Source: a virus
Lineage: Duplodnaviria > Caudoviricetes
DNA: 33,318 nucleotides
IMG/VR virus record: IMGVR_UViG_3300028025_003099
Coordinates: 1 to 33,318 of that record
Strand: one strand, 5' to 3'
In this document: positions 27,990 through 33,318 of the stretch, in pieces
Layout of the letters: each line of letters begins with the position of its first letter
Numbering within the stretch: the stretch's first letter is position 1
Notes under the pieces: model-generated
What the model was told of the DNA's origin: nothing
Seen by the model: only the letters and a program-made list of their open reading frames with translations
Database searches by the model: none
Translations under genes and position numbers: made by a program

Positions 27990-28349
27990 ATGCAAGTGCT
28001 TTCATTCAAAATATTTGGTGAGCCTGCGTCAAAAAGCAACAGTAGAAAGATTGTGCGTTTCGGTGGGGTATCAAGGCTGATTAAATCGTCAAAAGCTCTG
28101 AGCTACTCAGCAGCGTTTAAACAGCAAGCAGTTTCTGGTGTGCTTCTGGAGGGTGATTTATGCGTAACGATTCATATTTGGTACGCCAGTAGAAGACCTG
28201 ACCTAGACGAGTCGTTGATACTGGACTTGCTACAGGACGTAGCCTATAAAAATGACCGTCAGGTAAAAGAAAAACATATCTATCATCACCTAGACAAAGA
28301 GAACCCGCGCTGCGAGATTGTCGTAGAAAAAATAAAGCCACCGGTTTAA
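27990..28349 (+). CDS. rusA: RusA-like Holliday junction resolvase
   Basis: GEPASKSN, RRPDLD, LDLLQ...KNDRQV, DKENPRCEI. Confidence 0.8.
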   Translation: MQVLSFKIFGEPASKSNSRKIVRFGGVSRLIKSSKALSYSAAFKQQAVSGVLLEGDLCVTIHIWYASRRPDLDESLILDLLQDVAYKNDRQVKEKHIYHHLDKENPRCEIVVEKIKPPV

Positions 28350-28360
28350 GGGTGGCTTTA
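28333..28360. terminator. Hairpin at the end of rusA, possible terminator
   Basis: TAAAGCCACC / GGTGGCTTTA perfect 10-bp stem with 8-nt loop. Confidence 0.55.
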
Positions 28361-28479
28361 CCGACCGAGGGAGGTCTTCACTGGAGGCTAATCAAGTGCG
28401 TTCCCTGAACGAGGAACAATTTAATTATATCAAAATTAGGCAGATTAGCCCCAGTGCATAACTTTTAAGAATTTTTTAT

Positions 28480-28507
28480 TTGCATTTTTTAAAATAATGT
28501 ATAGAAT
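28480..28507 (+). promoter_or_regulatory. Sigma70-like promoter
   Basis: TTGCAT-16 nt-TAGAAT in an AT-rich tract, just upstream of the structured leader. Confidence 0.55.
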
Positions 28508-28513
28508 AGTCTG

Positions 28514-28880
28514 CATGAGCATTGTCCGTGGCGGGTAATGTTTAAGCCGTTTTGATGTGTATCTTGTTTTTTGATAAGTAGATTGGAAAGTATTTATCAA
28601 AGAACGGTCTTAGAAATAGGATGCCGCCACAGATACACTTCAAAGCGGCTTTTTTTACGCCCGTACTCCGCACGATAGCAAGCACTTAACTGGGTGGCGC
28701 GGAAGTAAACATAGGCTCTACAACACCCGTAGGCAAGCCTCGCAGCCTTAACTGGGGACTGCACAAGACATAAGAGCATGGGTGAGACAATCTTATGTCG
28801 AATGAACATTAACTCTGTGTAGGATTGGTATAAGCATTGTTCTAAGGCTCTGTCTATGCCCTCACAACTGCTTATATGGA
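28514..28880 (+). ncRNA. Structured leader/regulatory RNA with terminator-like stem and complementary boxes
   Basis: 21-bp stem 28544-28564/28631-28651 followed by a T run; inner stem; GTGGCGG/CCGCCAC complementarity; more stems at 28767-28799 and 28829-28876. Confidence 0.6.
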
Positions 28881-28932
28881 TCACGGTGTTTAGCCCCCGC
28901 TATCACCCTTGGTAGGACTATGGAGAAAGAAA

Positions 28933-29169
28933 ATGAGAGTAGGACAGTCAAAGAATCAGTGTATGTCGTGTAAGGAATACTTTAACTCTAACAGTGCGTT
29001 TGAAAAGCACCGTCACGGTCAATACGGGGTCGATAGAAGATGCATGACTCCTGACGAAATGACGAGTAAACTCATGGAAAAGAACGCAGGGGGTTACTGG
29101 ATTACAGAACCCCGTCTATTTGAAAGAGAACCCCATGCCATACAAGAACAAAGCGGACAGACCGCTTAA
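28933..29169 (+). CDS. Small Zn-binding protein (CxxC...FxxHR...C)
   Basis: QCMSCKEYFNSNSAFEKHR...RRC; RBS GGAG before ATG 28933. Confidence 0.7.
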   Translation: MRVGQSKNQCMSCKEYFNSNSAFEKHRHGQYGVDRRCMTPDEMTSKLMEKNAGGYWITEPRLFEREPHAIQEQSGQTA

Positions 29170-29413
29170 AAAAGAGTATCAGCAACAGCTTGCCCGTGGT
29201 GAGCAGCCGAAACGGAATGCGCGTGAACGAGCGCGTTACGCTTTCGACAAAGCGGGTATAGACCGGACAGGTAAAGACATTGATCATGTCAAGCCATTGT
29301 CCAAGGGTGGAACGAATGCCAAAAGCAATCTAAAGCTCAAAGCTCCTAGTGCCAATCGAAGCTTTACAAGAAACAGCGACCATACGGTCAAGATTAACAA
29401 ACCTAAGAAGTAA
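29135..29413 (+). CDS. Small HNH endonuclease
   Basis: KDIDHVKPLSKGGTNAKSNL...NRS. Confidence 0.8.
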   Translation: MPYKNKADRPLKKEYQQQLARGEQPKRNARERARYAFDKAGIDRTGKDIDHVKPLSKGGTNAKSNLKLKAPSANRSFTRNSDHTVKINKPKK

Positions 29414-29430
29414 AACCCGCAGGAGGCTAA

Positions 29431-31083
29431 ATGCAAGCACAGCTTGAAGAGGGCAGGATTGCCTGTCCCGATTGCTCGACAGAGCGCAAGAAATCAAACT
29501 CAAAAGACTGCGTTGTCACCCGTAAAAATGATGGGTGGGTATACCACTGTCATCATTGTGATAGCAGCGGCTTTATTCCCTTTAAAACAAAACAGGTGAG
29601 TAACGTGATCCCAATGATCAAACCCATTGCCGTCAACGTCATGCAAGATAAGCACTATGACTTCTTAAAAACACGGGGCATATCAAAAGAAACGGCAGAC
29701 TCAGTTGGGGTGTTCTCAGCAGAGAAATGGTTCAATAAATTAGAAAAAGTGGCAGACGCAGTCGCTTTTCCTTATTACAAAGACGGCAAGCTTATCTCTG
29801 CCAAGTACCGCAGCATTGAATCAAAAGACTTCATGCAAGACGCAGGGGGAGCGCATGATTTCTTCGGTATTGATTCGATTGACCCTAGCCTACCCATCGT
29901 CATCGTTGAGGGCGAGATAGATGCCCTGACCTTGGTTGAATGCGGGATTAAGAACGGTCTCTCAGTCCCATCAGGCGCACCCATGAAAGTCCGTGATGGA
30001 AAGATTGACGCATCAGAAGACAAGAAGTTTGCCTTTGTGTGGTCAGCCAACGACATTCTTCAAGCTGCCCCCTATGTCATCATTGCCACAGACACCGACA
30101 CCGCAGGGCAAGCCCTAGCAGAGGAATTAGCAAGGCGTATAGGCAAAGACCGATGCAGGGTAGCTAAGTTTGATCACAAAGATTTGAATGAGGCTTTCCT
30201 AGACAAAGGCACGGCAGAGGTTCAAAGAATAATCGATAACGCAGAACCTTACCCCGTCGCCGGATTATCTGCTCCCAGCAAGTATCAAGAGCGTTTAAAC
30301 GACTTATGGTCGAAGGGTAACGGGAAGGGTACAAGCACTGGATACTCCAACGTGGATCAGATTTACACCATTGCTCAGGGTCAGTTAACCGTGGTGACGG
30401 GATACCCAAGCAGTGGCAAGAGTAATTTTGTTGATCAGATGATGGTCAACCTAGCTAAAACGCATGATTGGAAGTTTGCAATCTGCTCCTTTGAGAACCA
30501 ACCCGAAGTCCATATCTCCCGCCTGATGGAAATCAAGGAGGAAAAACGGTTCTTTGAGGGTTCAAGCAGAATGACTGAGACGCAGAAAAAAGATGCGTTT
30601 GATTGGGTAGAGAATCATTTTATTTTTCTAGATTCGGAGTCCGTAGAACCCGCGACCATTGATTCAATACTTGCACGGGCAAAAATCGCCGTGGTGAGGA
30701 TGGGCATCAGAGGGCTTGTCATTGACCCCTACAATTACATTGATAACAAAGACAAAGCCTCAGAGACGGAGTTCATCAGCAATATGCTGACGAGGGTACA
30801 GGCATTCGCCAAAGCCTACGGGGTTCATGTATGGTTCGTCGCTCACCCGTCCAAGATTACAAGGGCAGGCATGGATTTGCCAAGACCGGACGGTATGTCA
30901 ATATCAGGCAGTATGGCTTGGTGGGCTAAAGCTGATTGCGGTATCACAGTGCATAGGCTCAAGACAGAGGTGCAGATTGCGGTATGGAAGTGTAGATACA
31001 GATGGATAGGCACTCAAGGTGAAACCGCCCTGTCCTACAATAAAACAACAGGCACATATTTTGAGACACCGGACGCTTTCTAA
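29431..31083 (+). CDS. Primase-helicase (T7 gp4/Twinkle family)
   Basis: Zn finger CPDC...CHHC; TOPRIM VEGEIDAL and DTD; Walker A GYPSSGKS; LVIDPYN; VAHP. Confidence 0.92.
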   Translation: MQAQLEEGRIACPDCSTERKKSNSKDCVVTRKNDGWVYHCHHCDSSGFIPFKTKQVSNVIPMIKPIAVNVMQDKHYDFLKTRGISKETADSVGVFSAEKWFNKLEKVADAVAFPYYKDGKLISAKYRSIESKDFMQDAGGAHDFFGIDSIDPSLPIVIVEGEIDALTLVECGIKNGLSVPSGAPMKVRDGKIDASEDKKFAFVWSANDILQAAPYVIIATDTDTAGQALAEELARRIGKDRCRVAKFDHKDLNEAFLDKGTAEVQRIIDNAEPYPVAGLSAPSKYQERLNDLWSKGNGKGTSTGYSNVDQIYTIAQGQLTVVTGYPSSGKSNFVDQMMVNLAKTHDWKFAICSFENQPEVHISRLMEIKEEKRFFEGSSRMTETQKKDAFDWVENHFIFLDSESVEPATIDSILARAKIAVVRMGIRGLVIDPYNYIDNKDKASETEFISNMLTRVQAFAKAYGVHVWFVAHPSKITRAGMDLPRPDGMSISGSMAWWAKADCGITVHRLKTEVQIAVWKCRYRWIGTQGETALSYNKTTGTYFETPDAF

Positions 31084-31559
31084 TGCGCGTCAACCTGACT
31101 CCGGAGGAAATGTACGTCTGTCGAACGATTGGCTTGCTCAAGCAATCAGACAGTATGTACAAAGCCGTTGACGCAGAAATGGGCAAAGACATGGATAAGT
31201 TCACTATTCATTTCGACGGGATGATTGCGGAATTCTGCGTAGCCAAGGTCTTGAATCTCTGCCCTGACATAAACACCAAGCACAGAGTCGGGGGTTCAGA
31301 CCTTACAACCCGCAAAGGGCAGACCATAGACGTTAAGTCAACCCGCCACAAAAACGGCAAGCTGCTTGCTAAGATTGGCAAGGCAGATAAGCCCTGCGAC
31401 ATATACATATTCACCATAGTCGATAACTTTGGTTGCGACATAGTCGGATGGGCATCGAAAGAAGACCTGTTCAAAGAAGAGAACAAGACAAGCTTTGGTT
31501 ACAACATTTGTTATGCCTTGGAGCAAAGCCAGTTGAAACCGTTCCGCCTGCCCTCCTGA
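31083..31559 (+). CDS. Putative PD-(D/E)XK nuclease-fold protein
   Basis: GMIAE...GSD...TIDVKST pattern; TAATG overlap. Confidence 0.5.
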   Translation: MRVNLTPEEMYVCRTIGLLKQSDSMYKAVDAEMGKDMDKFTIHFDGMIAEFCVAKVLNLCPDINTKHRVGGSDLTTRKGQTIDVKSTRHKNGKLLAKIGKADKPCDIYIFTIVDNFGCDIVGWASKEDLFKEENKTSFGYNICYALEQSQLKPFRLPS

Positions 31560-31714
31560 CCTGTTCCCTCCAGCGGAGACCGTAAACCGTTTAAACAATG
31601 TCGGGAGACCTCCCGGTTAGCCAGATGGCGTCCGGGTTCAAACAAAGCCCGTTTAAACAGTTAACGCCATCCGCACAAAGTACTTATTGCCGATTCTGCG
31701 TAGAATTTTGGACG

Positions 31715-31748
31715 AAAAAAAACCCCCCAATCCGTGAGGACAGGGGGG
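31715..31748 (-). terminator. Rho-independent terminator of the minus-strand operon
   Basis: C6/G6 GC stem followed by T8 on the minus strand, 5 nt after the stop at 31754. Confidence 0.8.
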
Positions 31749-31753
31749 CAAGT

Positions 31754-31918
31754 TCAAAGCAAGTCATGTTCGGTAATCGTTTCAACGTCTAAAATCTCAG
31801 GCTCTGTCGCTGAGATAATGTTGTACTCAGAGCTATCCAGTGGATTGGGTAGTTCCTCCTCATCGTCAGAGCGGTTGATCACCGCCCTCACAACGAACGT
31901 CACGGTGTATTGTTTCAT
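31754..31918 (-). CDS. Small acidic protein, 54 aa, not in the ORF track
   Basis: MKQYTVTFVV...HDLL; ATGA overlap; ends just before the terminator. Confidence 0.65.
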   Translation of the reverse strand: MKQYTVTFVVRAVINRSDDEEELPNPLDSSEYNIISATEPEILDVETITEHDLL

Positions 31919-32142
31919 GTTCCAATCTTCCTAAGATTTACCTCGTTCAACAACTGCTCGTCTGAAACGTACTTGTACCAACAGGGGTCGTACAGCACCT
32001 CTTCAAGGTTTGTGACCGCCTCGCATACCTGATCATACGGGGGCTGTTCGCTTGCCTTGTACCGATAGATAGAACCGTATGTCTTAATCCTTTTAAGCGC
32101 ACTCAGAGCCTTGTACGCCGCCTCACGCAAATCTTTATTCAT
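31915..32142 (-). CDS. Hypothetical protein
   Basis: ATG at 32142 (MNKDLREAA) overlapping the upstream stop. Confidence 0.6.
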   Translation of the reverse strand: MNKDLREAAYKALSALKRIKTYGSIYRYKASEQPPYDQVCEAVTNLEEVLYDPCWYKYVSDEQLLNEVNLRKIGT

Positions 32143-32278
32143 CTTTATCATCCTCAGTAAATTGTTCCCAAAGCTTGCGGTCAACTTCAAGCAGAACCAA
32201 GCTGCCGTCCGTGTCATGCAAGCGGCAGTTATCTAGTATGTCAAACGCCAATTCAATCCTCTCAAAATCCGTCATCAT
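32135..32278 (-). CDS. Small acidic hypothetical protein, 47 aa
   Basis: MMTDFERIELAF...; ATGA-coupled start at 32278. Confidence 0.6.
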   Translation of the reverse strand: MMTDFERIELAFDILDNCRLHDTDGSLVLLEVDRKLWEQFTEDDKDE

Positions 32279-32445
32279 TCCCCCTTGTTTAACTGAGTGA
32301 CCAAGCGACTGAGCCAACGCTTGGCTTGACGCTTGATGACGGTACGGGCGGCTGCACCGTACTTGTTGCCCGACTTCGGGGCGCAGCAGGGGCATGACAT
32401 ACCCCCATGCCCGACAACGGTTGCCCTGCGAAAATAAGCTTTCAT
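32275..32445 (-). CDS. Small basic protein with CPCC motif, 56 aa, not in the ORF track
   Basis: MKAYFRR...GHGGMSCPCCAP...; RBS GGAGG; ATGA overlaps at both ends. Confidence 0.65.
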   Translation of the reverse strand: MKAYFRRATVVGHGGMSCPCCAPKSGNKYGAAARTVIKRQAKRWLSRLVTQLNKGE

Positions 32446-32639
32446 ACATCCTCCAGTAAATCATTCGCTGCACGGTACGGCGCAGCCCAGTTATTAACCT
32501 CGTCAAACGAATGCGGAAAACGTCCGTTGTCATCTAGAAAACGGTACGACTCGCAGACAATGCAGTGCCAAGTAAAGTCCTTGCACCGCTTGCCGATATT
32601 GCTCACTAACAGCCGATGTTTTAAGTCTCTGACCCGCAT
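32442..32639 (-). CDS. Hypothetical protein with C...CxxC
   Basis: RBS AAGGAG before ATG 32639. Confidence 0.6.
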   Translation of the reverse strand: MRVRDLKHRLLVSNIGKRCKDFTWHCIVCESYRFLDDNGRFPHSFDEVNNWAAPYRAANDLLEDV

Positions 32640-32833
32640 AACCACTCCTTGTATTCTTTGATTGAAAGCAAAGCCTCGCGCACACTAATTGGGCGCATCT
32701 CGTATTGAACCCAACTAATATCAGCCAAGCTTTCTACCTGTCGAACAAACTCGCTTGCTTGATGCGCGGTAGCAAACTCGTATGTATGCATACAGCCGCC
32801 CTCGTCATGCCCAATAACAATGTGACTAGCCAC
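32621..32833 (-). CDS. Hypothetical protein
   Basis: GGAGG before GTG 32833. Confidence 0.55.
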   Translation of the reverse strand: MASHIVIGHDEGGCMHTYEFATAHQASEFVRQVESLADISWVQYEMRPISVREALLSIKEYKEWLCGSET

Positions 32834-33167
32834 GTTGCACCTCCCCAATTAAACCCATTGCCCGTTTAAACGTCTCTCGGATGTAGTCGGCAATCATCTC
32901 GCCGCAAACCCCATCATCGATAACCTCTCTCTGCACAATGCCCTTATCTTTCCAACCATCGTGCTGCTCTGACCACTTGTCCCTGTCGAGAGCCTCGACA
33001 ATTTGCTCGTAGGTCATGTCGGACGGGTAGTCGAACAGCCAAGTGTTGAGCGCGAACGTTTGTGCTTTGTCTTTAACGTCCTTGCAAACGTGTTCGCCCT
33101 CGTACTCTTCGCCGCACTTGCGGCACTTGCGCTCTGATATCAGAGCATCGAATTCTGCGTCAGTCAT
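32826..33167 (-). CDS. Hypothetical protein with CxxC...HxC
   Basis: ATG at 33167 coupled to the upstream stop. Confidence 0.6.
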   Translation of the reverse strand: MTDAEFDALISERKCRKCGEEYEGEHVCKDVKDKAQTFALNTWLFDYPSDMTYEQIVEALDRDKWSEQHDGWKDKGIVQREVIDDGVCGEMIADYIRETFKRAMGLIGEVQRG

Positions 33168-33316
33168 AGTGTCACCACTGGTTGAATTACTTCGATTGAA
33201 TAGCCAAGAGCCTTGATGGTCTTGATAGCGTCCGGAGTTAACGTGCGTTGCCGCGCTAACTCGCAGAGCAGCTTTGCCGTGTCGCAACGGGGGTAAACGG
33301 CTTGTGAGCCATATAA
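33164..33316 (-). CDS. Partial hypothetical phage protein (5' end outside the window)
   Basis: Open frame LYGSQAVYPRCDTAKLLCELARQRTLTPDAIKTIKALGYSIEV... ending in an ATGA overlap. Confidence 0.65.
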   Translation of the reverse strand, partial: LYGSQAVYPRCDTAKLLCELARQRTLTPDAIKTIKALGYSIEVIQPVVTL

Positions 33317-33318
33317 GC

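Larger units (their letters stand above)
710..32871. repeat. Dispersed palindrome GTTTAAAC, at least 31 copies
   Basis: Manual count; positions listed in findings. Confidence 0.9.

Noticed and set aside
27943-27995. Divergent promoters between the exonuclease and rusA genes
   Set aside because: A minus-strand TTGCAT is present but no convincing -10 at proper spacing; promoters are expected here but cannot be placed
28597-28884. 95-aa minus-strand ORF in the intergenic region
   Set aside because: No clear RBS or protein-like features; region better explained by RNA structure
31598-31934. Plus-strand ORFs 31598-31792 and 31734-31934
   Set aside because: They cross the terminator and lie antisense to a better-supported coupled minus-strand gene
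710-32871. GTTTAAAC copies as CRISPR repeats or PmeI cloning scars
   Set aside because: Only 8-10 bp, irregularly spaced, and embedded in intact ORFs including conserved domains
33180-33318. Possible ncRNA or 5' extension of the 32826 ORF
   Set aside because: Explained by a separate partial CDS whose stop overlaps the ATG at 33167

Overview
A 33 kb fragment of a tailed dsDNA phage genome with podovirus-like organisation; the host is probably a Gram-negative proteobacterium (inference). Plus strand 28-19494 holds a holin-like gene, a GH108 endolysin, a tail/stabilisation protein, a cupin, three internal virion proteins, an inserted HNH gene, a GNAT-like protein and a 3250-aa polyvalent protein (metallopeptidase, glycosylase-like, two ART-like, RNase-like and LPD38-like domains). 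Minus strand 19487-27942 is a tightly coupled operon of small genes with an exonuclease/ERF/SSB recombination module. Plus strand 27990-31559 holds RusA, a structured non-coding leader, a Zn-finger protein, an HNH and a Twinkle-like primase-helicase. Minus strand 31754-33318 holds small genes. No capsid, terminase, portal, polymerase or integrase gene is visible. Strongest signals: (1) at least 31 copies of the palindrome GTTTAAAC where about one is expected; (2) a K/R-F/Y/A-S-L/R motif bracketing each domain of the giant protein; (3) 12 xxxGG motifs (mostly xAxGG) across three internal virion proteins; (4) an antisense/attenuator-like RNA ahead of the primase operon. All family calls are from motifs recognised by eye; no searches were run.
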